Part shown: positions 41,078 through 51,124 of the stretch, one piece after another
Numbering within the stretch: position 1 is the stretch's first letter
How the letters are laid out: each line of letters starts with the position of its first letter
Assembly: GCA_937921995.1 (NCBI GenBank)
Contig: CAKZVF010000008.1
Coordinates: forward strand, 2,050 to 66,049
Direction: 5' to 3'
DNA length: 64,000 nucleotides
Origin: an uncultured Pirellulaceae bacterium
Lineage (GTDB): Bacteria > Planctomycetota > Planctomycetia > Pirellulales > Pirellulaceae
Position numbers and translations under genes: made by a program
Notes under the pieces: generated by a model
The model's input: the letters and a program-made list of their open reading frames with translations, nothing else
Databases searched by the model: none
What the model was told of the DNA's origin: nothing

Positions 41078-42791
41078 AGCGTAGCGCCTCCACCGGATGA
41101 AGTCGAGCCGCTCGGAGCGCCGGTAGTACGCTGGCCAATACGGCAATTAAAATCGCGCCCAAGCCCACCCAACACACCATCCAAGGACTGACAATCGTAG
41201 GGATTTCGGAGAAGTAATAGATCTCGGGATCAAAAACCTCTTGGCCGGTAATTTTTTGGACAACTTCGGCAATCTGATTGATGTAACGAATAAACAAGAG
41301 CCCCAGCACGATGCCGGCTCCTGTTCCAACCATGCCCAATGACATGCCGTACCCGAGAAAGATCGACATGACGCCACTGCTGGGTGCGCCGAGCGCTTTG
41401 AGCACGCCGATGTCTTTGGTTTTTTCAACGACGATCATGAAGAACGTGGCGAGGATGCCAAAACCGGCGACCGCAATGATCATGAACAACAACAGATTAA
41501 GAATCGTCAGTTCCATATTCACGGCGCTCAGCAACGGACGCTGAGTGTCCTGCCAAGTGTGAATGTCGTAGGGGTATTGTTCTGGTGGGAATTTGGCGAT
41601 CAAGGCATCGCGCGCCTTATCCAAATCCGCCCCCGGCTTCATTTTGATTTGGATGCTCGACACCGTCGCGTCGCCAGTCAGCGGATCCATCATGCCTCGA
41701 ATCTTTTGAAGTTCCTTGATTGGAACAAAGGCAAAGGATGAATCATATTCGTGCATATTCGAGGAATAGAAATCCACCAACGTGCAATTTTCGCTGACGG
41801 GTTTCGCATTCTGGCCAACCGTGGCAAACATTAATTGAACGTCGTCGCCAGGGCGCACCATGTAGAAGTCTTTTTTGTTGCCGGCTTCGTCCAGCGTCTT
41901 CCGTTTCGAGATCGCAATTCCCAGAATGATTCCCGTATGCTGGTCCTCCTCAGGATCAAAGAAGTCCTCAGGATCAGGTTGTGTGCGAAATTCAGCGTGT
42001 TCGTCGAACGGTTTGAACTTGCGATACTTTTTCCCGTCCCGCGCGGTGAAGACATCGTTCTTGGGCTGATCGGCTGCGTCCAAACCATCCTCGCCACCGT
42101 GGATCTTGTCGAAATCGGGGGCCTGTGGTGGCAGCGGACGATATTCAATCTCACGTTCATCACCGTCGGCGGCCGCGACGGGCTGAGCGTAGGCCGTTTG
42201 TTGGAACTTCTCTGGTGAATCGTCAAGGTAATCCGCGGCGACGGAGTCGTAGTAGGCCTGTTGTTCGCGCTGCATCAGGTCGATACGCTTCTGCTGACGC
42301 GCTTTGGCTCGGCGGTACTCCCAACCTGAATTGCTAACATACTCGGGGTATCCGGACTCCTCCAGATTAAACGTGAATTGCTCTTTTTTATTCTCGTTCT
42401 GCAAGTACGGATGAAAGTCGGTCACTTGCCCGAACGATTCATCGTCGATGCCCAGCAGCATGACTTGCTGGGTCATCTGCCGGCCGTGAACGTTGAAGGT
42501 CACCATCGCCGGAGAGCGCACGACGCCAGTCATGCTTTGAATGTCATCCCCCAGCACGTCGCGAATGATGCGCATGTGAACGTCGGGATGAGATATTTGC
42601 CCCAGCAGCGGAGCCGCGATTTCGACGTCGGAGAGGATGCCGTGCAGCCGCGTCTTCATTTCGAAAACGAAGCCCGACATCACGCTGTTGACCACAATCA
42701 GCGTCGCCACACCCAAAGTCACACTGACGATCGAAGCCAGTGCAATGAAACGAGTGCGTAAGTAACGCCACGACAACAATAATTTATACAT
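41070..42791 (-). CDS. lolE: Lipoprotein-releasing ABC transporter permease (LolE/C)
   Basis: LGVATLIVVNSVMSGF, VVEKTKDIGVLKALGA, PA..AARL.PVEALRYE; long insert in the periplasmic domain. Confidence 0.85.
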   Translation of the reverse strand: MYKLLLSWRYLRTRFIALASIVSVTLGVATLIVVNSVMSGFVFEMKTRLHGILSDVEIAAPLLGQISHPDVHMRIIRDVLGDDIQSMTGVVRSPAMVTFNVHGRQMTQQVMLLGIDDESFGQVTDFHPYLQNENKKEQFTFNLEESGYPEYVSNSGWEYRRAKARQQKRIDLMQREQQAYYDSVAADYLDDSPEKFQQTAYAQPVAAADGDEREIEYRPLPPQAPDFDKIHGGEDGLDAADQPKNDVFTARDGKKYRKFKPFDEHAEFRTQPDPEDFFDPEEDQHTGIILGIAISKRKTLDEAGNKKDFYMVRPGDDVQLMFATVGQNAKPVSENCTLVDFYSSNMHEYDSSFAFVPIKELQKIRGMMDPLTGDATVSSIQIKMKPGADLDKARDALIAKFPPEQYPYDIHTWQDTQRPLLSAVNMELTILNLLLFMIIAVAGFGILATFFMIVVEKTKDIGVLKALGAPSSGVMSIFLGYGMSLGMVGTGAGIVLGLLFIRYINQIAEVVQKITGQEVFDPEIYYFSEIPTIVSPWMVCWVGLGAILIAVLASVLPALRAARLHPVEALRYE

Positions 42792-42863
42792 CGCCAATCC
42801 TTTGGCTTTATTTAACGAACGATCCATCGTGAATCGCTCAAAATACTCAAGTTCCGCGTCACG

Positions 42864-42938
42864 CGTTTAACGACAAGCCGGCAGGCGACCTCGTTCTGCC
42901 TCGCCAAACACCTTCGCCTTCCGGCTTGTCGTTAAACG
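42864..42938. repeat. ~75-bp palindromic interspersed element, copy 2
   Basis: cgtttaacgacaagccggcaggcg...cgccttccggcttgtcgttaaacg. Confidence 0.9.
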
Positions 42939-42965
42939 ACCCAAAAGCAATCTCCATAAGTCACC

Positions 42966-43051
42966 GTAGTGGATCTTGTTAAAGATCCCGCCTATCCTCT
43001 CCCGCAGTGGAACGTTTAAAGGCTCCGCGGAGCTTTAACAAGCTCCACTAC
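42966..43051. repeat. Inverted pair of GTAG-type REPs (REPIN-like)
   Basis: GTAGTGGATCTTGTTAAAGATCC (+, 42966-42988) and GTAGTGGAGCTTGTTAAAGCTCC (-, 43029-43051). Confidence 0.85.
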
Positions 43052-44628
43052 TCGTTCGATTCTGCTCGCAACAGCGGAAACAGAATGATATCGCGAATCG
43101 ATGTTGAATCGGTCAGCAACATCACCAAACGATCAATTCCAATCCCCAAACCACCCGCCGGTGGCATTCCGTTTCTCAGCGCGGTCACAAAATCGTGATC
43201 CATCTTTGCCATCGAATCCTCTTCGGACATACCTTCCAACTGCGTTTCAAACAGTTTTTCTTGTAAGTCGGGGTCGTTGAGTTCCGTATAGGCGTTTGCC
43301 AGCTCCATTCCGTGAACGAACAGCTCAAATCGTTCGGCCACATCAGGATTGTCTTTTTTGCGCTTGGTCAGCGGACAAATGCTGGCCGGATAGTCGGTCA
43401 CAAAAATCGGTCCGACCAGCGCATCTTCGACCTTCTCTTCGAACACGTCGCTCTTGATCACGTCGGGATGACGCCCTTCGACGTCAAAGCCAAGACTGCT
43501 GGCAAGCGTTTTTACCGCTTCTGCGTCGGTTGGGTCAACGCCAGTATGCTCGGCGAACAGCGCGTCGTACGTTTTACGCTCAAACGGCGTCGCAAAATTG
43601 ATTTCCTTGTCGCCCCACTTCATCACATCGCTAGCACCGATCGCCTTAATCGCGTTCGAGATCACCGCTTCGGTCAAATCCATCATCGATTCGTAGTCGC
43701 CGTAAGCCTGATAGACTTCCAGCATCGAGAATTCGGGGTTGTGTTTGGGGCTAATGCCTTCGTTACGATAAACGCGTCCAAGTTCGAAAACCCGTTCCAT
43801 GCCGCCGACCATCAACCGCTTCAAATGCAACTCCAGCGCGATCCGCATGAACAGGCTCATATCCAGCGCGTTGTGATGCGTCGTGAACGGACGCGCGGCA
43901 GCTCCGCCGGCAATCGAGTGCAATGTGGGCCCTTCGATTTCGATGAAGTGTTGATCCTCAAGCGTATTTCGGATCGAACGGACGATTTTGCTCCGATCCA
44001 TAAACCGGTCCCGTACGCCTTCGTTGTAGGCCAAGTCGATATAGCGCTTCCGCTGCCGCGTTTCAGGATCGGTCAAGCCAACGTGCTTGGCCGGTGGTGG
44101 ATCGAGCGTTTTGGTCAGAAAATGAATCTTATCTGCGAAGATCGAAAGTTCGCCTGTTTGCGTTCGCCGCAGCATCCCGTCGATGCCGATCAGATCGCCC
44201 AAGTCCAAGCACTGGATCAGTTCCCAGTTCTCATCGCCGACTTGCTTTTGTCCGACGAACAATTGGATCTTACCCGTCCAATCTTCAATGTCGATAAAGT
44301 GCAGTTTACCCTTGTCGCGGTGCAGCACGATTCTCCCCGCGGCGCGGACTTGCGGGCCGGTGAGTGACCCTTTGCCCTTTTCTTTGGCCCAGTCGCGCAG
44401 GGGCGTCGTCTCCATCTCGGCTTCGGTTGGCAGATCGAATTCCGTACCATCTTCGAGGACGTACTTAACTTCGCCGGCGCGATCGCGGATGTCGCCAATC
44501 ATTGCCCGATCATCAAACCGATGTCCCCACGGATCGTGGCCCAGCGCCGTGATCTGTTCTAATTTCCGGCGTCGAGACTCAAGCGGATTTTCTGCGGAGC
44601 TGGTTTCGGTGTTTGGTTTGTCTGTCAT
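43048..44628 (-). CDS. lysS: Lysine--tRNA ligase (class II)
   Basis: GGAAARPFTTHHNALD, YRNEG..HNPEF, GMPPAGGLGIGIDRL. Confidence 0.98.
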   Translation of the reverse strand: MTDKPNTETSSAENPLESRRRKLEQITALGHDPWGHRFDDRAMIGDIRDRAGEVKYVLEDGTEFDLPTEAEMETTPLRDWAKEKGKGSLTGPQVRAAGRIVLHRDKGKLHFIDIEDWTGKIQLFVGQKQVGDENWELIQCLDLGDLIGIDGMLRRTQTGELSIFADKIHFLTKTLDPPPAKHVGLTDPETRQRKRYIDLAYNEGVRDRFMDRSKIVRSIRNTLEDQHFIEIEGPTLHSIAGGAAARPFTTHHNALDMSLFMRIALELHLKRLMVGGMERVFELGRVYRNEGISPKHNPEFSMLEVYQAYGDYESMMDLTEAVISNAIKAIGASDVMKWGDKEINFATPFERKTYDALFAEHTGVDPTDAEAVKTLASSLGFDVEGRHPDVIKSDVFEEKVEDALVGPIFVTDYPASICPLTKRKKDNPDVAERFELFVHGMELANAYTELNDPDLQEKLFETQLEGMSEEDSMAKMDHDFVTALRNGMPPAGGLGIGIDRLVMLLTDSTSIRDIILFPLLRAESNE

Positions 44629-44746
44629 AGCGGTCAGAGAGCGGCGTGATGGGTAAAGTTTCGTTGTCGGTACGCATCCAATGCGAAGCCGCGTATTCTA
44701 TTGATTTCCCGTCAAATAGAAACGCCAGTCGCGGCGGCGAAGGGGC

Positions 44747-45547
44747 TCATTGCCCAAATTTCGCCATGATCCGATTCGCGAGCCCAGGAATGATGCGGTC
44801 CAGCCAAACTAAAATGCGTCCACCAAAAGTCAGAATGATCTCATGGCGGCGTTTCCGCATGGCCCGAATCGTTTTCGCGGCCACGACCTCGGGCGACATG
44901 GCCCCGCGTTTCTTCCAATCCTTCTTCGTGTCGTCTTCGATCGCCGCATCGAAAAATTCGCTGTCGGTGGTGCTGGGACTGACCAGCAAAACTTCAACAC
45001 CGTCACCGGCAAGTTCGGCGCGAATCGCATCGCTGAACCCGTGCACGGCAAATTTACTGGCCGAGTACTCGCTTTTGAGCGGAGCGCCGCGATGCCCTAG
45101 GACACTGCTGATGTTTACGATCAGCGGGTCGTCTCCCTTTTTCAACAACGGTAGCGCCGCGCGAGTCAACTCCGCCAGCGCGAAGAAGTTGACTTCGAAA
45201 ACCTGCCTCAGCCGCTGCGGATCGGCTTCGTCAAACCGCCCCATCGCACCCACACCGGCGTTGTTTATCAGAATATCCAATCCACCCAGATGAACTTCGC
45301 AAAGGTTCAGCAAATTCTCCCGGTCTTCCACCCGCGTGACGTCGGCAACGCTCGCCAAGGCGAATCCTCCGTTGGCTTTGATTTCCGATTCCAGATCCGT
45401 CAGTTTTTCGCGCCGCCGCGCAGCGATCAGCAGTTCGGCACCTAGGTCCCCCAACTGTACTGCCAAATCGCGTCCAATCCCACTGGACGCTCCAGTAATC
45501 AAAACGCGTTTACGTATTAGCTCTCGAGCGGCCATGAAAATTTGCAC
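44747..45547 (-). CDS. Short-chain dehydrogenase/reductase
   Basis: TGASSGIG, NNAG, YSASK. Confidence 0.95.
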   Translation of the reverse strand: MQIFMAARELIRKRVLITGASSGIGRDLAVQLGDLGAELLIAARRREKLTDLESEIKANGGFALASVADVTRVEDRENLLNLCEVHLGGLDILINNAGVGAMGRFDEADPQRLRQVFEVNFFALAELTRAALPLLKKGDDPLIVNISSVLGHRGAPLKSEYSASKFAVHGFSDAIRAELAGDGVEVLLVSPSTTDSEFFDAAIEDDTKKDWKKRGAMSPEVVAAKTIRAMRKRRHEIILTFGGRILVWLDRIIPGLANRIMAKFGQ

Positions 45548-45647
45548 AGAAATAGTTGCTTCGAAACCATAATCTTAACGGTTAGTTTATCATTGAGATA
45601 TCGGTCCTCGGTAGCCGCCGGCGAGAAATACTAAAAGGAGTCGAGTT

Positions 45648-46955
45648 ATGAGTTTGTTTTGTCAACCGTGGATCGTGAGCGTTAGTGTGCTGATCGCATT
45701 GGCTTCAGCAAACGTTGGTTTTGCCACTGATCCCGTAGACCACCAAGACATCCTTTCGGCGATCAAGTCAGACAGGCTTAACGACCAACAGTTCGAACGG
45801 TTGACTCAATTCGTCAGGCCCAAGGCCAGCGAAGAGAAATGGCGAGAGACGGCTTGGATCCCCAGTATTCACGACGGTCGGAAAATGAGCGTCGCCCAAA
45901 ACAAACCCGTCTTCCTGTGGGCAATGAACGGCGACCCTTTGGGCTGTGTCTGAAACAATGGCGTGACGGGCCGTGTGTCCGTTTTCTCTGATCAGCGCGT
46001 GATTGACTTCATTCGGGAAAACTTCGTACCGATCACAACTGACATCAATAAAACGATTCACCGCCGTGACGCGGTCGGTGATTTCTTTCGAAAGATTGCC
46101 GAACAAGGGCACTACGCTGGTATTACAAAACCGACGTCCACACGTCAGGGCCTATACGTTTCAACCGCTGACGGGCAGTTATTGGCCTCCGTTAATTCGA
46201 CCCGCGCAGATAGTGTGCTCCGGATGATGAAGCGTGCCGTGGAGGAGTTTGAAAAGATCAAGAATAAAGCGCAGCCGGAAATCAGCGACAAACCTGACGT
46301 CGATAAAAGATATGCGGTCAAATTTCCCAATGGCGGTATGATTCTTCGAGTTACTTGCCGAGATTTACCACGGGAGTCCAACACCGATCATGAAACTTGG
46401 CGACATAACTTTGACAACTTGTGGCTGACCGCAGATGAGGTCAAGTCATTTTCTCCTCAGCGCGATGGCGGTGTTTACAAGCAAGGGCAAGAGTACAAGA
46501 TTCCCGATGCAATCATCGCTAGAATTGCGAAACACCATTTTGTGGATCACGTTAAAGGGGAGGCCCCCGGCTGGAAATCTGAATCGGTAAAAATCTCAAC
46601 CGCCTCCGCTAAAGTCATTGGCGTTTCCAAAGGTGCGATCCAGATCGAACTTACCGGTCGTGTAAGGTGCGTGCAAAAACCCAATAAGAGAGTGAACGCT
46701 TACACCGGCAAGGTTGTCGACCGTGAATCGGGTGTCGATCTGCGATTGTCAGGGAGAATGAGTTGGGATGTCGAGAAGGCCGAATTTTCACGATTCGATT
46801 GGGTCGCCTATGGCGATCGTTGGGGAACAGCGAGGTATAATTTTCGGCACCAAGACATGGAGAAAAACCCAATCGGGTTTGCTCTAAATTTATTACCAAC
46901 AATTCCCGAAAACATGTCGCAGCCTAAATTCATCTACAACAGCTATTATCATTGA
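45648..46955 (+). CDS. Candidate exported selenoprotein with thioredoxin-like CxU motif (in-frame TGA at 45951-45953), 435 aa
   Basis: ORFs 45648-45953 and 45963-46955 share a frame. Readthrough gives NKPVFLWAMNGDPLGCV-U-NNGVTGRVSVFSDQRVIDFIRENFVPI. Strong RBS and signal peptide only at 45648; SECIS-like hairpin follows. Confidence 0.7.
45965..45983 (+). promoter_or_regulatory. Putative bacterial SECIS element
   Basis: Stem GACGGGC/GTCCGTT (7 pairs, 2 G-U), loop CGTGT, starting 11 nt after the TGA. Confidence 0.6.
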
Positions 46956-47009
46956 GAGATCTCAGGGGCTTCCGATCGCAGCAGCCACTTGTCGGTTGTT
47001 TAGGCTCAG

Positions 47010-47116
47010 CTACGCCGCCAAATACTTCTTGAGTAACTTGGCGTGCTCCCCCCGAAAACTGATCCGCGTGTTATGAGAGTCTATACGCCATCGACTAACC
47101 CGTACTCTCATAACAC
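47010..47116 (-). mobile_element. Possible remnant of a Y1 (IS200/RAYT-like) transposase 3' end with a 13-bp inverted repeat
   Basis: RISFRGEHAKLLKKY resembles Y1 TnpA C-termini; GTGTTATGAGAGT (47068-47080) / ACTCTCATAACAC (47104-47116). Confidence 0.3.
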
Positions 47117-47241
47117 TGGTACAGAAAATGGGGGCCCGCCAATCGGACTCACCGGCCTTGGCTGGCTTTTCAATCGCCGCAATGAAGTTCACCGTGAGAA
47201 TCGTCCTGAGTAGCGACCTCTAGTGACGGTCGCGTTATCCC

Positions 47242-47279
47242 GGGACGTGGAAACAGTACGGGGACGTGGAAACCGTACG
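47242..47279. repeat. 19-bp tandem repeat with one mismatch
   Basis: gggacgtggaaacagtacg / gggacgtggaaaccgtacg. Confidence 0.85.
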
Positions 47280-47329
47280 CGGTACCTTTTCGCGTTCTTA
47301 GACCGTCGCTTACCCCTTATTCTCTCTAC

Positions 47330-48334
47330 TCAGGGCTCCACCTCTATTACTTGTTGTCGGCAAAGATTTGGAATAAGAAACCGATAGACAAGACGGTCAT
47401 CATAATTCTTGACAAGTTGTGATTCGTCAAGCAACCATTCGTTTGACGATTGTGACTTGTTGATCTTCAGCTGTTCAATCCTTAACAAACCTACTCCGGT
47501 AATAATAACGATCGAGATGTCGCTCTCAAAATTTGAATTCAGAAACTGAGTGTTGTTTTGAGAGCTTTGAATCGACAAGTACTTTTTAAGATTTTCGATT
47601 GGGCGAAACTTAAGTGTTTTGTCCTCCACCATTTTCTTTAAACGGTCCCAAACAATGTCGGCATTTTCGGTAGCCCTTGCCGGTAAATCAGCCGATAGGA
47701 CGGTGGATTGGGCTATAACAACGTGTACCCTGCAGTACCCTCCTTCTTCATTGGTCAGCACGGGGATTTGTTTCAATTTTTCTTTGTCGAGTTTGTCATA
47801 TTCTTGTGGGCGGTATAAGCCAACTGCGTCTATCTGCAAGGGATGTTTAAATCGGTTTAGTTGAGATCGAGGTACCAAACGATTTCTCGACAAAACAAAC
47901 AGCGTTAACGGATCAAAAATCGCGAACTCCTTTTTTAAGGCCCTATTGTTTTTGGGCCTTCGGAGCCGTAGGCTTTCAAAAAAACACTCACCTGCACTAC
48001 CAGCGTGTAACCTAAAAGGTTTGCAAGCTTCACCAGCACCAACTCCTTCGCCACGCAGACAAAGAACTTCTTCGGTCTCTCTGGCAGTCTTTTCGGATGT
48101 AAGCTCTTCTTGGATTTTCTCATCCAGCCCGAAATCCTTAACGCCAACCCAGCTAACAAACTGGCACCAATTTTCATCGGGGCTAGATTGGTTCGAAGCG
48201 GGATAACTTAAGGAGAATACTTCACGGGATCTGAAGTATAATTCTCCGTTATTTCGCTGGGCAACAACGTTGTCCAACGGTAAGGCGAAAAGGAAAACCA
48301 GAAAAGCGGGAAATCGTAGTTTGGGTCTCAACAT
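47330..48334 (-). CDS. AT-rich exported orphan protein (candidate immunity/partner protein)
   Basis: Likely start MLRPKLRFPAFLVFLFAL at 48334, about 20 bp after the RTX gene stop; signal-peptide-like N-terminus. Confidence 0.65.
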   Translation of the reverse strand: MLRPKLRFPAFLVFLFALPLDNVVAQRNNGELYFRSREVFSLSYPASNQSSPDENWCQFVSWVGVKDFGLDEKIQEELTSEKTARETEEVLCLRGEGVGAGEACKPFRLHAGSAGECFFESLRLRRPKNNRALKKEFAIFDPLTLFVLSRNRLVPRSQLNRFKHPLQIDAVGLYRPQEYDKLDKEKLKQIPVLTNEEGGYCRVHVVIAQSTVLSADLPARATENADIVWDRLKKMVEDKTLKFRPIENLKKYLSIQSSQNNTQFLNSNFESDISIVIITGVGLLRIEQLKINKSQSSNEWLLDESQLVKNYDDRLVYRFLIPNLCRQQVIEVEP

Positions 48335-48356
48335 CGTACACACTACTGGTGAGGCG

Positions 48357-51124
48357 TTAATTTGGAAGGTACGGCGTCGTGTCTGCAACACCCGCGCGAT
48401 TCAGGGCATCAATAAATTTGGCTTTAAAATCAGGCACCGTGTAAAATGGAGGTCCATTGGGGTCGTTAAGAGGCAACCTTGTGAATACTTTAATGTCTCG
48501 AACAGGTTCTCTCGAAAATGTATATCCATTATGAATGGCATCTTGAACTGCCAACTGTGGTGAGATGAAAGCACGAGACAAGTAGTTCGATTGAGGGTCG
48601 TATCCGTAAAATTCGCCTTCATTGAATACGACTACCACTGCATGCCTTGAATTGGGATCGACAACCGGGCCGTTAATCAATCCACCGCCATTCGGATTTG
48701 GCAATTTAGTCTTTATCTGTTCGAAAGTTCCTCCCCAAACTGCAAAATCTACACCGCCGGGAAGGTCACCTTGCGATTTCCTAAAGCTCAAATAGTTTAT
48801 TGCAGCATCGGCGTAGTCGTCACAATCAAATCCACCGCCTATACAGTTCACCACCGTCCCTGCGTCTCCCGGTCCACCCAAAAGAACATCACTTATAAGT
48901 TGAGCTTGATCATTGATGAAGAACCCTTTTGTGGGATCTTGTGGATTTGTTAGTGCACTGAGGCGCGACTCTGTAATAACTTCTAAAAGATCGCCGTAAA
49001 ATCCGTCGATCCCTAGGCTGCCCAAGATTTCTCTTTGCTCTTGCAAAGCTGCTGGTTGAGCACTCGGAACGTCCGTTGTCAAAGATTGAAGTGTGGGTTG
49101 TAGGATTCCTAAGTTGTCGAACACTTGGTCATAAAACCCTATTGTAGCTTGTGGCGTCAACGGGATTGGGCTCGGCAATAGATTAAGCACCCCGCCGTTA
49201 TCTTCACTTCCAACTACAACTCCCCCATCGGCCGTAAGCAAGATTGCGGAGGTTACATTGCTAATCGCCTTTCCAATATCGCCTAAAGCATTCGTTTGGA
49301 TTAGGTGAATGGTTGAGACTTCTGGGATTGCTAATGATGCGAGTTCGAGTGCCAAGATGTCTGGGAAAAAGGAAGGGAAATCTCCGACATAAGAAACTTG
49401 AGTGACTGGCCCGAGGGATGTACTGCGGAACACTTGTTTTCTGAATCCGCTTTCGACAACATCAAGCTGTCCCGTAGACGTTGTAAATGTGCTGCTGTTT
49501 TGCCCTGATAGGTAAGATGCCAATTGACCAGCAGAAATCGTGCCCAAAAATCCCAATCCAATGTTTGCCAATAGGTCTTCAGCCAGCGAGTCGGCCGAAG
49601 AGCCTCCTGGTTGCAGCTTTTTGACTCCGAAGTCGACACTCGTGTTGGCTTGGCCGTCTACCAGAGAAACATCGGCTGTGTTAGGCGTAGTCGGTTCGTA
49701 ATCAGTGAGTCCATCTAAAAGAAGTTCTACTCGATAGTCTCCAGCGGCGAGGCCATCAAAAGTGTATTGGCCGCTATCGTTGGTTGTTCGGGTGGCGATT
49801 GCTGTTGTGCCCGAAAACAGCGTCAATGTGACATCGCCGATGCCCACCTCACCTGCATCAAACTGCTGGTTGTCGTTACTATCTTCAAACACGAGGTCAC
49901 CAATCGATCCTGTTCCTGATGGATCGACTCCACTATTACCTCCACTTGAAACACCGTTGATCGGTTCAAAATCCTCCAGATCATTAATGACATCGACACT
50001 GGTGGATCCAAAATTGCCAAGCACAACGAATCGATCAAGCCCACTACCACCGGTGAGAACGTCTGCGGCCACGTCGCCACCTGCATCCAGCAAATCATCG
50101 CCCGCATCTCCGAAAATGGTGTCTGTTCCGCCGAGGCCAAACAAATCGTCATCGCCGTCTCCACCATACAGCGTATCGTCGCCACCGTCTCCCCGAATGA
50201 TATCGCGACCTTCATTTCCAAGTAGTAGGTCATTGCCGGAGCCGCCATTTAAACGATCGCTACCCGAATTGCCCCTAATCGTATCATCGCCGGCGGCTCC
50301 CCAGATGAAATCGTTGTCGGCACCACCGTTCAGAATGTCGTTGCCATTCTGCCCCAAAAGTTCATCGATTCCAGCATCGCCTTGCAGCGTGTCATCGCCG
50401 TCGCCGCCAACCAACCAATCGTCTCCCGCTTCTCCTTTGATCGTGTCATCCCCGTCTTGGCCCCGTAGGAGATCATCGCCTGCGCCTCCGAGGAGGGAAT
50501 CATTGCCATCCTCTCCCCAGAGTGAGTCATTGCCTCCATGTCCGTTGAGTGTGTCGTCGCCTGTGCCACCGTACAAATTATCGTTGCCGGTGATACCGCT
50601 CAGATCATCGACTCCGGGACCGCCGAACAGCCAGTCGTTGCCGTCTTGCCCATTGAGGACATCGTCCCCATGGCGTCCAACCAAAATGTCGATTCCGTTT
50701 CCGCCCATGACCAGATCGTTGGCGTAGCCGCCTTCCAAACGATCATTGCCATTCTGCCCAAAGATTTCCGTGTCCATCAGCAAATCATTGTAGACAAAAT
50801 CATCCCCGTCACCGGCAACCACTCTTAGGCTGGTTACGTCGCTGTAGTTAAACGTTTGCTGAAGGCTGGAATTATTGTTGATGTCGACCGTGAAACTTTG
50901 ATGGTCCGCACTATTGGTCAGTGAAATCGTATCGGCGATCGCGTTTCCCACGACAACTAGGGCTCCAGTACCCGAGTTGAAGTTAACAGACGCTAACATC
51001 TTTCGATCTTCAAGCTTTTGGAATGTCAGGCTGGGGGGGCGGGGCGTTTGCGTTGTTGAGGTCGTGGAGTCTTGCTTGAGATAGAGTTGCTGAACAGGTT
51101 TAATTTGCTGAAACGAGAAAGCAT
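48357..51124 (-). CDS. RTX Ca-binding repeat exoprotein with SdrD-B domain and C-terminal Cys-His-Asp protease-like domain; leader frameshifted at G7 (51033-51039)
   Basis: Many GGxGxDxLx nonapeptides; GSIGDLVFED...VDFG SdrD-B; FDCDDYA...RHAVV...YDPQ; LEDRKMLA motif spans the annotated ATG 50999. Confidence 0.85.

Noticed and set aside
43312-44367. 351-aa plus-strand ORF, and similar long antisense ORFs over xylA, PSP1, AEC and PPIase genes
   Set aside because: Lie fully opposite well-supported conserved genes and have no recognisable motifs.
49762-50727. 321-aa Ser/Pro-rich plus-strand ORF
   Set aside because: Antisense of the Gly/Asp-rich RTX repeats.
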